Of a DNA stretch of 64,000 nt, positions 49,730 to 61,207 are shown one piece after another. Below the pieces are notes generated by a model, which had not been told where the DNA came from, did no database searches, and worked only from the letters and a program-made list of their open reading frames with translations. Made by a program: the position numbers and the translations under genes. The stretch's first letter is position 1; each line of letters opens with the position of its first letter. The DNA comes from Candidatus Bathyarchaeota archaeon (GTDB taxonomy: Archaea > Thermoproteota > Bathyarchaeia > Bathyarchaeales > Bathycorpusculaceae): positions 1-64,000 of the forward strand of contig CAWABA010000006.1 in NCBI GenBank assembly GCA_963780185.1, read 5' to 3'.

Positions 49730-52700
49730 ATGAACAAGAGAGTATCATCCGTTTCTTTAGTTTTAATCTTTTTAACTATCCTGTTGGTTTCCACATTCGT
49801 TGGAACATTAAATGTTGTTAAAGCAGATGTGCCGCAGCAATCTAGCGTGTCTGTTTCCTGTTCACCTAGCCAATCTACCCTCGGCTCAAGTTTCACATGT
49901 ACTGCCACGGTTTCAGGGTCAAATCCTACAGGCTCGATATCTTGGAGTACCAGCAACAGGTTTACAGGCGTATTTGGTTCCATACATACAACTTTGATCT
50001 CTGGGTCTGCGTCAGTCACTTATTATGATACTGCCCCAGGCTTAGCCACCATTACTGCGCTTTATAGTGGCGATGCAGCCAATGAGCCCAGCATCGGTAG
50101 GAGCAGTTTGATGATTTACAATTCATTATCGGATGATTTTACGGCTGATTCTGGGTTGAATACTCTTCTTTGGCATGTCGGAGCGACAGGAGATTGGTTA
50201 TCGCCAGAGGGTCCTGCTGCACCTGAAAGTCCAAATTTGAGTTTTTCCAGTTCTGGCATGGGCATGAATATTGGAACTGGTAAAATTGCAGGGATTCAAA
50301 GTGTGAATTCGTTTTCTGGTCCGTTCACGCTTCAAGCTTCAGTGACGGCCACAGCAAGCTACGGGGATCCTTTTGCTCTGTGGATTTCTACTGCCGATGG
50401 GAATCACGGTGTGGGTATTGATGGTGAGTTAGGTGATAATGGTCAACCAGTAGGTGTAGATGGGTATTATGCTGAGCCGTTGTCGAATGGTCAATACTTG
50501 GTGAATAGAGGGTTGCTTGGTATTTGGTTGGGTGCTGATTCAGGTTCAAATTGGTGGACCGTGCAGAATAATCTGATGCTTTCTGCGCCTCAACTAAACA
50601 CTGTTTACCAATTGAGCATAAGTGTGGATTCAAGTGGTACTGCCTCTCTCGAGGTTAGTTCAGGCGGGAAAATCTTGGGGCTGGCTTCAGCTCAAGTGGG
50701 CACGGGTCCATTCTACATTTCACTCATGACGGAAGAAGACTTGCCCGGTATGCCTGACACATCTGTAGGGTCTGATCAGGCGTATTGGCAAAATGTGTCT
50801 CTTCAGACGACGACTCCAGCTTCACCTTCTGCCAGTCCAACTTCTGTTTCTTTTTCCTCTAACCCTGTTTCAGTTGGTGCTCCTGAGATTTGTACTGCTA
50901 AGGTTTCAGGGACAAATCCTACAGGCTCAATAACGTGGAGCTCAAGTAGCAGCACTGGTTGGTTCAGTTTCGCTTCAACTTCATTGTCGTCTGGAACTGC
51001 GTCAACAGTCTACACTGATACAAACACAGGCATCGTTACTATCACGGCAACTTACAGCGGCGATGGCACTCATCTATCAAGCAGCGGTAGCAACATTTTG
51101 GGGATATCTAATGGGCTATTTGATAATTTTACTACTGATTCGTCTCTGAATCCTTTTCTTTGGGAAGTTAATGGACCTGTCGGACTTAAAGTAGCAGACG
51201 CTTGGCAATCGCAAGATGGTGGAAACCCTGTTACGGTTGTTGATCCGACTTTGAGTTTTTCCAGTTCAAATGGCATGAGCGTAAGCGGCGTAAGCAATTA
51301 TTATCAAATTTCAACGATTCAAAGTGTGCAGTCGTTTTCAGGTCCCTTTACGCTGCAAGCTTCCGCGAAGGCAGCAGCAAGCCATGACAATCCTTTTGCC
51401 TTGTGGATCTGTACTGCTGACGGAAATCACGGTGTAGGCATTGACGGCAACTTGGGTGTACATAACGGGTGGTACGGTATATGGGAAAGTCGCGATACTG
51501 GCAAAGGCTGGTCAGTAGAGAATTCTACGCTGTATTCTTCGCCTCAGCCGGACACGATTTATCAATTGAGCATAAGTGTGGATGGAAGTGGCACTGCCTC
51601 TCTTACGGTACGTTCGGGTGGACAAGTCTTGGGGAGCGCTTCAGTCCAAGTCGGTACGGGTCCATTCTACATTCAACTCATTCAGGCTCGAAGGCTACCC
51701 AACCACATCTGCAGGGTCGAATCAGGGGTATTGGCAAAGCGTGTCTCTTCAGACGGTAACTTCACCCCCCACTTTAACTCCGATTGACGTTTCTTTTTCA
51801 TCTAACCCTGTCTTAGTCGGTTCGGCTGTTACTTGCACTGCAACAGTGTTGGGGTCTACTCCGACGGGTTCCATAACATGGAGCACAAGCAGCAGCACAG
51901 GCACTTTCAGTTCCGTTTCGACGCCTTTGTCGTCTGGAACTGCGTCAACAGCCTACACTGACACAAACGCAGGCACAGTAACTATCACAGCAACTTACAG
52001 CGGCGATGCAGACAATGCTCCCAGCAGCGGCAGCGCTACTCTATTTCTTACTCAAACTACAACCGTGACAACTGCGCTTTCTCCAGACACTATTGATTTA
52101 GGCTCTTCTGTCGCTGACACCGCAACTGTGAGTGCATCCACAGGCGGCGGTTCAGCTACGGGCTTCGCTAATTTCTATGTCTTAACAGGCGGTACGTGGA
52201 TTAATCTTGGAAGCACATTTCTGAATGCTGGTTCCAGCACAATCGGGTATACTCCTCAAGCTTCTGGCACCTACTACCTAATGGCTCTCTACATAGGAGA
52301 CTCGACTATCGCCAGTTCATCAAGTGTCGCCGAAACTTTAACGGTGAATCCTGCCCTTGACGCTTGGATTTCTAACACCCCTGGCGATTTGGAGGTTGGG
52401 CAATCTGGACAGTTTATAGCTGCAGTTACTGGAGGTTCAGGCACCTACAGTTATCAATGGTACGTTAACGGCGCTCCTGTTTCAGGTGCTACCAGTCAAA
52501 CTTTCAATTATGCACCCCAAACCGCAGACGTTGGTCCAGCCAACATTAACGCCGTAGTCACTGACAGCCTCGGCATATCCGCTAACACTGGCCTCTCGTA
52601 CTTCACAGTAAATCCTGCCCCAACAGTAAGTATCACGCCTGCCACCGTCAACATTGACGCCGGTCAACCGCAAACATTCACTGCAACCATTACAGGCGGC

Positions 52701-54986
52701 GATGCACCCTTCTCTTACCTTTGGTTCTTGAACGGGCACTCTGTTCCCATCGCCACAGGTGCGACATGGACTTTCACTCCGAACACCTCTGGATCCGACA
52801 GTGTATATGTCCAAGTAACCGATGCTGCCGCCGTCACATTCGACTCTAACGTTGCCACCGTTAACGCCGCTGCTGTTGGCGATTGGACTATGTTCCACAG
52901 TGACACTGGACACAGTGGTTCTTCAAGCTCAACCGGACCTACCACCAGCAATCTTCTCTGGAGTTACCCAACTGGCGGTGCTGTGTATTCTTCTCCTGCC
53001 ATTGTTAACGGAGTTGTCTATGTGGGTTCAGACGACGGGAACGTGTATGCTTTGAACGCTTATACAGGCAATCAACTTTGGGAGTTCTTTGCGTTTGGCG
53101 CGGTGGATTCCTCTCCAACTGTTGTTGACGGAGTAGTCTACGTGGGTTCAGGCGACGGCAACGTCTATGCTTTGAACAGTGCAACTGGCAGCCTGATTTG
53201 GCATTCCCCAATAGGCTCACCAATCGATTCTTCGCCTACAGTGGCCAACGGCTTGGTCTATGTGGCTTCAGAGAATTGCTATGTGTACGCTTTGAACGCT
53301 GCAAACGGTGCCCAAATATGGAGCTACCAAACATGGGGCTCGGTATCCTCTTCTCCTGCTGTTGCCAACGGCGTAGTCTACATAGGCTCAGATGATGGTA
53401 ACGTGTATGCGCTGGACGCTACAACTGGTGCGCTGGATTGGTCTTTTTCAACATACGCGGTATCTGGTGGTCCGGTGGTTTCGTCTCCTGTTGTTGTTAA
53501 CGGTGTGGTGTATGTTGGGTCGGAAGACGGTTACGTCTACGCGTTAGATGCTTTGACAGGCAACCTAAACTGGAGCTTTTCAACATATTCACTAAGTGGA
53601 AGTGGGGGTCAGGTGACTTCGTCTCCTGCTGTTGCTAACGGCGTGGTTTATTTTGGCTGTAATGATAACAACGTTTATGCTCTGGACGCGACGACAGGTC
53701 TCCCGATATGGAAATGCACTACCAACGGCGCAGTGGAGTCTTCTCCTGCTGTTGCCAACGGCGTAGTCTACGTAGGCTCAGACGATGGCAACGTGTATGC
53801 TTTCAATGCTGCAAACGGTGTATTAATTTGGAGTAATTGGTTTGACTCAGCTGCTGTGCGTTCCTCACCGGCAATATCTAATGGTGCACTATACGTTGGG
53901 TCAGACGACGGAAATGTTTACGCTTTTGGCCAGTTTCTCATCCTCTCAACTCCTGCAATAAACGGTCTACAAGTTGACTTCAACGCTGCTGTAAGCTCAG
54001 ATTTCGGTTATGTTCAGTGGAGCTTTGGCGACGGCTCCGGAGCCAGCGTAGGCTCTTCGTACAGTCATACCTATGGCTCCGATGGAAGCTACACCGTGAC
54101 GGCTACCGCCTTCTATACTGACGGGTCATCTTTGTCAGCCTCTATGGTGGTGAATGTTTGGGCGGGCGAATTATCAGGCGGCAAACAACTCACCTTAAAC
54201 GCTGGCAGCGGCGGCTCAGTATCCTACAGCTCAAACGTAGGCTCAGGCACAATCCCCGCAGGCGGATCCACAACGCTCTACCTAGCAGCCGGCGACTCCG
54301 TATCGCTGACAGAAACCCCCAGTTCCGGTCACACCTTCACCTCTTGGACAACTTCAGGCGCCAGCAACCCAACACCAACCTCACAAAGCATCAGCCTCAC
54401 AATAAACCAAGATGCAACTGCTACTGCAACATTTGCGGCTGCCCCAACTGCTCACTCTGTTATGCCCGTAACTGGCGGCTCTGCAACGGTAGATCAATCA
54501 ACGACGACAGGTACCAGCGTGACTGTCTCTGGGCCTTCTTTGTCAGATGGCACAAAATTGGACGTTACCTCTGTCTACTACGGTAGTCAACAGCCGTCGG
54601 GAACAGGCGCAATATCGGTTAGCGGTGCAGTCTTCTATGATGTCAATGTAGTGAGAGATGACGGTGCTGCCTTAGGCTCAGACGTTTATGTGACTGTGAG
54701 CTTTACCGGCGCAGGCTTCTCAAGTTCAAGCGTTATCATGTACTGGAGTAGCGGCAGTTGGGTCCCAGTTGCCACAACATTCACTGCCCCCGACACCGTC
54801 ACAGGCACAATTCCCGCATCAGCCCTAGGCGGAACACCCTGTCTAGTTGGAAATCTAAATGTGTTTTCTGCGCCTGAGTACCCAATCGGTGCCTTAGCTG
54901 CTGTAGCTGCTTGCTTTGTAGCTTTCGCAGCGACCCTTAAACTCAAAAAATCTCCACCCCACACAAACAACAAACGCGTCGCTTAA
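49730..54986 (+). CDS. Large cell-surface protein: signal peptide, Ig-like/lectin-like repeats, PKD, PQQ-type beta-propeller, PEF-CTERM-like anchor (frameshift near 51685)
   Basis: Duplicated ~310-aa N-terminal module; ~8 SSPAVANGVVYVGSDDGNVYA repeats; WSFGDG; APEYP + TM + KLKK. Confidence 0.85.
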
Positions 54987-55181
54987 ACTCCATTTTCCCC
55001 TTTTCCCAGCGCATCTTTTTTCAACCTTTTTTGGTATTCTTAACCGTAATAGCCAAGCGAGTTAGGACGGCGCTCTTAATGCCCGTTCTTCTAGTCAATA
55101 AAAATAGTTTTTTTCTATGGTTTACGATTCGGTTTCCGTAACATTAAATTTTTACTATAGCTATTACTAGACTGGTGATTT

Positions 55182-55622
55182 TTGTTGCCAGAAATGAATT
55201 TTGAAGGAACTGCTAGTTGGAAAGGCGGAACCGAATGTTCGCTTTCAGTGAAAGGCAAAGAACTCGTTGTTGTCAGTCCACCCCCGATGTTCGGAGGAAA
55301 AGAAGGGTACTGCGTGCCAGAAGACATCTTCGCAGCGGCTTTAGCATCATGCATCAACACGCTGTTTATGCTGATTGCCAAAAACAGCCAACTGGGAATG
55401 AAGAGTTTGGATACCAAAGCTACAGTTAAGATGAACATTGAAGGCATGGAGAAGCTCATCTTCACCGACGTGCACTTCCAGATGAACGTCGGCTTGCAAA
55501 CAGACAATGAACGCGAACGCAAAAAAGCCAACACGGTCTACGGGATGGCGCAGAAGATTTGCCCGATAAGGCAGTCCTGGGGCGAAGCGGTTCCAATAAG
55601 CTTCGAACTTAACTTCAAATAA
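55182..55622 (+). CDS. OsmC/Ohr-family protein
   Basis: PPMFGG..PEDIFAAALASC..ICPI. Confidence 0.88.
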   Translation: MLPEMNFEGTASWKGGTECSLSVKGKELVVVSPPPMFGGKEGYCVPEDIFAAALASCINTLFMLIAKNSQLGMKSLDTKATVKMNIEGMEKLIFTDVHFQMNVGLQTDNERERKKANTVYGMAQKICPIRQSWGEAVPISFELNFK

Positions 55623-55733
55623 AAACCTACGTCAGAAGAACCAAATTTTCCTTCCCTCATCCCTTTTTTGTCGTTCTCCGTTTTTTATCCAAAAAATATT
55701 TGAAGTCAATAGGCCTATTACCAGTTGGTGTTC

Positions 55734-56405
55734 ATGAGAAGAACGGCGTTAATCATCTTATTCGCCGTGGCACTTTCTGCAGCGTTAACCATAAGCGTCT
55801 TTTCCTTGCCCTATTTCCAAAACGCACAGACACATTCTGCCCCTCTAATGCAAACCCCACCTGCAAACACTACCCAGCTAACGCCTACCCCCACGCCTGC
55901 ACCGACCCCGACGCCCACTGCAACGCCTGCTTTGACTCCAACACCAACCACGACACCGACACCTACTCCGCCAACCGCTACGCAGGTTACCGCGGTCAAT
56001 GGCAGTTTCCAGCTTACAATGTCTATTCAAAAAACTGTTTTCAGCGTCGGCGAGCCAGTTAACGTGACACTTACGCTCACAAACATCAGCAACCAAAATG
56101 TTACCATATCGGTTGATATGTGGCTGCTGGATTTTGTCGTGAGCAACAGCACAAACAACTTAATTTACCAACATACAAATGACGGAGCCATGGCGCAGTG
56201 GGTAATGCTAAAAACGCTTCAACCGGGTGAAAACGTAACCGATAGTTACGCTTGGTCTCAGAGATACAGCGGCCCAAACCCGGGACCAGCAGTTTCACCT
56301 GGAACATACTACATCGCCGGCAAGAGCCCAGGCATCGGCGACCTCGACACAGGTTATCTGCTGCAGACAACTCCACTTGAAATCATGATAGTCAACAATG
56401 GGTAA
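55734..56405 (+). CDS. Secreted protein with Pro/Thr linker and Ig-like (BsuPI-like) domain
   Basis: Signal/TM, (TP)n linker, GEPVNVTLTLTN..TLQPGE..PGTYYI. Confidence 0.75.
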   Translation: MRRTALIILFAVALSAALTISVFSLPYFQNAQTHSAPLMQTPPANTTQLTPTPTPAPTPTPTATPALTPTPTTTPTPTPPTATQVTAVNGSFQLTMSIQKTVFSVGEPVNVTLTLTNISNQNVTISVDMWLLDFVVSNSTNNLIYQHTNDGAMAQWVMLKTLQPGENVTDSYAWSQRYSGPNPGPAVSPGTYYIAGKSPGIGDLDTGYLLQTTPLEIMIVNNG

Positions 56406-56539
56406 GTAAAAAACGGCTTTAAACCCGATTCCGCGGCGATTTAGAGGCGTTTTTTTGTGGGTAAGTTTGGAAAAGCCTAAATACTAGGAGCGCCATGCTT
56501 ACTGTGTAAGCTTCATAATGCTTACGCGGTGAGGGAAAA

Positions 56540-57016
56540 ATGACACTTAGCCTCGGATACCTAACGCCTAAACAAAAAACCATCTGGGACCTAAAAAGCC
56601 GCGGACTCCAAGAAGCACATATCGCAAGAGAACTCAACGTAACCCGCCAAACCGTACACAAAGCCATAGACACCGCCAACCTCAAAATCGGCGAAGCACT
56701 GGAGGAAACCGCGAAAATAAACAAGATTGAAATCCAAAACCTGGACGCTGCCAAAGGGTTCCTGCTCGGCTACAGCAGTCACTTCAAAACTCAGGCGTTC
56801 ATAACTTTTTCCGCAAAAAACGGCGTCCAAGTCTGGTACAAACACGAAGGCAACTGCCAAAAATGCAGCCGAATAACCGAATGCCGAAATGCCCTGCTGT
56901 CGGAAGCAAAAGACCGCAACTTCCTTATCCTCGACGAGACAAACAAAATTTTGCCCTCGAAACTTGCAGACGCATTGTTTGCAAAAATAGTTGGCGATAA
57001 GAATGAGAATGCGTAG
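56540..57016 (+). CDS. HTH regulator (sigma-4/LuxR-like) with Cys-rich C-domain
   Basis: LTPKQKTIW..IARELNVTRQTVHKAI; HEGNCQKCSRITEC. Confidence 0.8.
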   Translation: MTLSLGYLTPKQKTIWDLKSRGLQEAHIARELNVTRQTVHKAIDTANLKIGEALEETAKINKIEIQNLDAAKGFLLGYSSHFKTQAFITFSAKNGVQVWYKHEGNCQKCSRITECRNALLSEAKDRNFLILDETNKILPSKLADALFAKIVGDKNENA

Positions 57017-57965
57017 GAGATTTGAAGATTTTAAGAATTGGTGCCCTCAGCCACCTGAGCGTTTACCAATTAAACTGAATAGCTATACCGTTCCAATTGC
57101 TGTTGCGCTTACTGCCGCTTTAGTTTTTGGTATGTTCTTCTCGTTGCCTTCTCAACAACTCGCAGCTAACCAGCCTTTGCCCAAATTATCCGACATAACG
57201 TCATCTACATACAACTCTTCCCAGACGTCCCCGTTGCCGACTTCTACGCCGACTGCAACTTCATCCTCTCAAAGCAATAATTCGTCGCAGGTTGGCTATT
57301 GGACTCTTAACATTACAACCACAAACGACGACCCCAATTCGGTGACGCCTAACGGAATAGTCCAAGTGCCTATGAATCAATCAGGCATAACTGTGACTGA
57401 CGATGGAAGTGTCGGTTTCGTTTTTTTGGCTTGGGTGTTTGACAATCAAACGTATACTTGTCAATCACCTACAATATTCATTCCGACGCAACAGGTGAAT
57501 AGTTCGCACACACTTGTGGCATTGTTTATGGGGTCTCCCGTGGCCCTACCCGTAATGTATTTTTTCACTATCTCTCCTCAAAACATCAATGTTTCGCAAG
57601 GTAACGCGCAACAAATAACTCTCACCTTTAAATCAGTAACTTCGTCAGAATTAGAAGTCCCCATAGAAAACCTCACAGTGGTCGGCTACACAAGCGACCT
57701 AAACTACAACTTCAACGGAAATTCGTCTGGATGGAGTACCTCAGCTCAAGACGCAGTTTTCACGTATTCTTTTAGCCTAAGCCAACTAATTCTGCAACCG
57801 TACGCATCTAACTCGACTGTTCTGACAATTAACTTGGCAGACGACGCTCCATCAGGGAGCTACTCAATAGAAATCATGTTGGGCAACGAAATCTTCCTAA
57901 CTGCATATAGTCCAGGTTCTATATGTTATGATTCGAATAATTCGATGGTAATGGATGTCACTTAA
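57003..57965 (+). CDS. Single-pass membrane protein with N-terminal WCP motif and extracellular domain
   Basis: RRRFEDFKNWCPQPP, one TM, Ser/Thr linker, beta-rich ectodomain; overlaps the HTH gene by 14 nt. Confidence 0.75.
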   Translation: MRMRRRFEDFKNWCPQPPERLPIKLNSYTVPIAVALTAALVFGMFFSLPSQQLAANQPLPKLSDITSSTYNSSQTSPLPTSTPTATSSSQSNNSSQVGYWTLNITTTNDDPNSVTPNGIVQVPMNQSGITVTDDGSVGFVFLAWVFDNQTYTCQSPTIFIPTQQVNSSHTLVALFMGSPVALPVMYFFTISPQNINVSQGNAQQITLTFKSVTSSELEVPIENLTVVGYTSDLNYNFNGNSSGWSTSAQDAVFTYSFSLSQLILQPYASNSTVLTINLADDAPSGSYSIEIMLGNEIFLTAYSPGSICYDSNNSMVMDVT

Positions 57966-58044
57966 CCGCATCACCACTCGGATGCGCATTATCCTTAAAT
58001 ACTGATTGCTTTTTACTGTTGCAACAACTGGGGCACAGTTAAGC

Positions 58045-58818
58045 ATGTACACTTCGAACGCTGTTGAGCTAAGAGACGTAACAAAACGCTACAACGAAAT
58101 CGTGGCGGTAAACAACCTTACCCTGTCAATCGGGCAGGGCGAAATCTTCGGGTTGCTGGGACCCAACGGCTCAGGAAAATCCACGACTCTAAAGATGCTG
58201 CTGGGTTTGGTTGCACCTAATCAGGGAAGCGTCACCGTTTTAGGGTTAGATGTTACCAAGGACCCTGTGGGAGTTAAGGCTCTTACAGGCTACGTTCCTG
58301 AATCAGCCAACATCTACGAGTTCCTAACAGGCATAGAATATTTGGATTTTATCGCCGACGTCTACAGTGTGCCACCTGCAGAGAAGAAGCAGCGGATAAC
58401 CGAGTACCTCAAAGCTCTCCAACTGGAAGGTCGAGAAGGCGACATGATAAACAGTTACTCGGACGGCATGAAAAAGAAAATCAGCCTAATCTCAGCTTTC
58501 ATTCATAAACCCAAGTTGCTGCTGCTTGACGAGCCGCTGAACGCGTTGGATCCCCGTTCAGCAAGGATCGTTAAGGATTTTCTGCACGAACTCAAGGGGC
58601 AAGGCGTAACCACCATCATGACAACGCATGTGCTTGAAATAGCGGAGGCGATATGCGACCGCATCGGCATCATGTATCAGGGGCAGCTTCTGGCTCTTGG
58701 CAACATGGATGAGCTCAGGAAAACGGCAAGTATGCCGCATTCAGGTTTGGAGGATGTTTTCCTCAAGTTGACGGGTACGGAAGATTTGAGAGCTGTCGTT
58801 GAGGAACTAATGAAATGA
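58045..58818 (+). CDS. ABC transporter ATP-binding protein
   Basis: GPNGSGKS, YSDGMKKK, LLDEP. Confidence 0.92.
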   Translation: MYTSNAVELRDVTKRYNEIVAVNNLTLSIGQGEIFGLLGPNGSGKSTTLKMLLGLVAPNQGSVTVLGLDVTKDPVGVKALTGYVPESANIYEFLTGIEYLDFIADVYSVPPAEKKQRITEYLKALQLEGREGDMINSYSDGMKKKISLISAFIHKPKLLLLDEPLNALDPRSARIVKDFLHELKGQGVTTIMTTHVLEIAEAICDRIGIMYQGQLLALGNMDELRKTASMPHSGLEDVFLKLTGTEDLRAVVEELMK

Positions 58819-60491
58819 ACTGGCGAAACGTTCTCTACCTGCTTCGTGTTGAACGAAAGTCAGGCAGGCTAATTCGGGGAATAAAAGCTACTCGGTACAG
58901 AGAAAACAAGATCATCGCCTACTGGCCCTACTGGGTGGCAGCGATAATAGGTATAATCGGCGGTTTTGGGGCAAACGTCATTGCTTCATCTGTCTATTCA
59001 ACAGGGGTTCCTAAGGGTTTACAGCCTTTAAGCGTTGAATCGCTTAGTTTCTTCTCGGTGCTGCCGACTCTTGTTTTAGGCATAAGCATCGTGTTTTCGC
59101 TGTTTCAGCAGATCCAGTTGGCAGGGAAGGCGTCGAGCCAAGTGATGTATTGGCTGCCGGTAACGTGGGAGGAACATACTTTGGCTTCAATCTTGGCTAG
59201 CTTGCTAGGATTGCCAGCGGCAATTGTCGCAGGGCTAAGCACGGGGCTACTTGTCTTTTCAGCATACAACGGGATAGTTCTGCAGGCTTTGTTGACAATT
59301 GTGGTTTTGTTTGCCTCAGCGTTTCTGGCTAGTTCGTTGACGGAAATCGTGAGGATTTTGCAGGTGCGTTCCACAGGAGCCGTCTACAAATCAAGTGGAA
59401 AAGCAGCCATCTGGGTAAGGTTCGTTAGTACGCTTCTGTACCTTGCCATATTTTACCTGATCTACTTTTATGTCATCAATCAAACTGGCACTTTTATCGC
59501 CGCGTTAACTGCCGTTCAAAACACTGCGTGGTACGTACCGTTTGTTTGGTTGCCGCTGATACTCTCCTACATAACCCGAGGCATGATTTTGCAGGGTCTC
59601 CTGTTCACAGCCCTATCAGCCGCCCTCATTGCAGGCTTGTATTACCTTGCTGTCGAGTTAAACAAGCGGTTCGGACTCTACGAGCCGCCGGCGATTACAC
59701 TGCAGAAAGGCGGAGTTTACTCGGTGAAAACTGGGCTTTTGGGGCGACTTGGATTTTCCAGCGTTGAGGCAGCGTTGATCCGAAAGGATTTAAGAGCCTT
59801 CACTCGACGCCAAGAACTGTTGTCCATTTACATTTTCCCAATAATCATAGTTATCGTTGGAATCTTCAATTCCTTAGGCATAAGTAACGGCGGCACATCA
59901 GCTTCAGCTAACCCGTTCTGGGTGGGATACATGTTTTTGGTGCCTGCCAGCACCATGGCTATTTGGCTAGGGCAAATTATGATCGGCGAGGAAGGACAAG
60001 TTATTTGGCGGATATCGTCCTCTCCAATTTCAGGCAAGAATCTTGTTAGAAGCAAGTATTTCTTCATTATTCTGTTTTCAGTGATTGTATTGGCCATTAC
60101 TTCGGCTATCGGTGTGGGATTCTATCATGCGACATTGCGAAAGACAATAGTTGCCATCGTTGAATCTTTCCTCATGGTTTTGCCTGTAGCTGCAGTGTCG
60201 CTGCAAATCGGCTTAAAGTACCCTGATTTTTCGTCAACCAGGCGGGCAAGGATGGTGCGTCAAGAATGGTCGCTGATCGGCTTCATCCTATGTGCAGTCG
60301 TTGCGGCAGGAGTAATTGCTCCTGTTCTTGTCCCCTACGGCATAGGCTTGTTCACGAACTCTTCAGTAAGCAATTTGACTTATGCCATCGGCGTCGCCAT
60401 AAGCGCAGCAATCTCGGCAGTCCTCACCGTTATCTTCTATCGAATCAACGTTGGCAGCGCAAAGGAGCTTCTCCGCAAAGGCGACAATTAA
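58815..60491 (+). CDS. ABC exporter permease (multi-TM)
   Basis: More than 12 TM segments, LIRKDLRAFTR, ATGA coupling to the ATPase. Confidence 0.8.
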   Translation: MNWRNVLYLLRVERKSGRLIRGIKATRYRENKIIAYWPYWVAAIIGIIGGFGANVIASSVYSTGVPKGLQPLSVESLSFFSVLPTLVLGISIVFSLFQQIQLAGKASSQVMYWLPVTWEEHTLASILASLLGLPAAIVAGLSTGLLVFSAYNGIVLQALLTIVVLFASAFLASSLTEIVRILQVRSTGAVYKSSGKAAIWVRFVSTLLYLAIFYLIYFYVINQTGTFIAALTAVQNTAWYVPFVWLPLILSYITRGMILQGLLFTALSAALIAGLYYLAVELNKRFGLYEPPAITLQKGGVYSVKTGLLGRLGFSSVEAALIRKDLRAFTRRQELLSIYIFPIIIVIVGIFNSLGISNGGTSASANPFWVGYMFLVPASTMAIWLGQIMIGEEGQVIWRISSSPISGKNLVRSKYFFIILFSVIVLAITSAIGVGFYHATLRKTIVAIVESFLMVLPVAAVSLQIGLKYPDFSSTRRARMVRQEWSLIGFILCAVVAAGVIAPVLVPYGIGLFTNSSVSNLTYAIGVAISAAISAVLTVIFYRINVGSAKELLRKGDN

Positions 60492-60589
60492 AAGAAAACC
60501 ACCTGTGCGGCGGCATTCGGGTGTTGTAAGGCTTAATATTGGGCTATGCTTAAATGCTATCAACGAGCAAACGTTAACTTGTTTGGTGA

Positions 60590-60784
60590 GTGGGCGTGGG
60601 TAACGAAGGGAAAGGAACGATATTCAAGCGGAAAGACGACAGGTACCTGCTTTATCTACCTGTACGCGTGGTTGACGACAGCATGTTCCCGTTGAAATGC
60701 GAAACTTCGATGCCTGTCAAAGTAAGTTTCAGCCCAAGCGACGGCAAACTAATCGTGGAGAAATGGCAAGAGCAAAAAAGCTGA
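60590..60784 (+). CDS. Small AbrB-like protein
   Basis: RYLLYLPVRVVDDSMFPL..VKVSF..KLIVEK; GGTGA upstream. Confidence 0.6.
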   Translation: MGVGNEGKGTIFKRKDDRYLLYLPVRVVDDSMFPLKCETSMPVKVSFSPSDGKLIVEKWQEQKS

Positions 60785-60843
60785 AAGCCTGCTCCGCAAC
60801 TCTTTATTTATCTGTTTTGCCAATTCTTTTTTAGTGAGGTTTT

Positions 60844-61207
60844 ATGGCAGATTTAGCCGTTAGGAGTTCAGCGTTTGACTCTGGCAAGCCCATTCCGCGA
60901 AAATACACCTGCGACGGACAAGACATCAACCTGCCGTTGACCATTGAAGGCATCCCGAAGGAAGCAAAAACCCTGGTTTTAGTCATAGACGACCCTGACG
61001 CGCCAAGCGGCATATTCGACCACTGGATCGTCTGGGGACATCCCTGCGTCAACAAACAAAATTGCTGAGAACTCGGTGCCTGATATGGAGGGATTAAACG
61101 GTGCGAGACAGACGGGCTACATGGGTCCATGTCCGCCTTCAGGCACGCACAGGTACTTCTTCAAGGTTTACGCTTTAGACACCGAACTCGGCTTAGGCAT
61201 AGGCTAA
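60844..61207 (+). pseudogene. YbhB/YbcL (PEBP) protein, frameshifted and C-terminally truncated
   Basis: IPRKYTCDG, DDPDAP, FDHWIV, YMGPCPPSGTHRYFFKVYALD, then a premature stop. Confidence 0.75.

Noticed and set aside
52950-53930. ~120-bp DNA repeats
   Set aside because: Coding repeats of the beta-propeller blades, not a non-coding array or DGR
55880-55985. Low-complexity C/A-rich repeat
   Set aside because: Encodes an ordinary Pro/Thr linker
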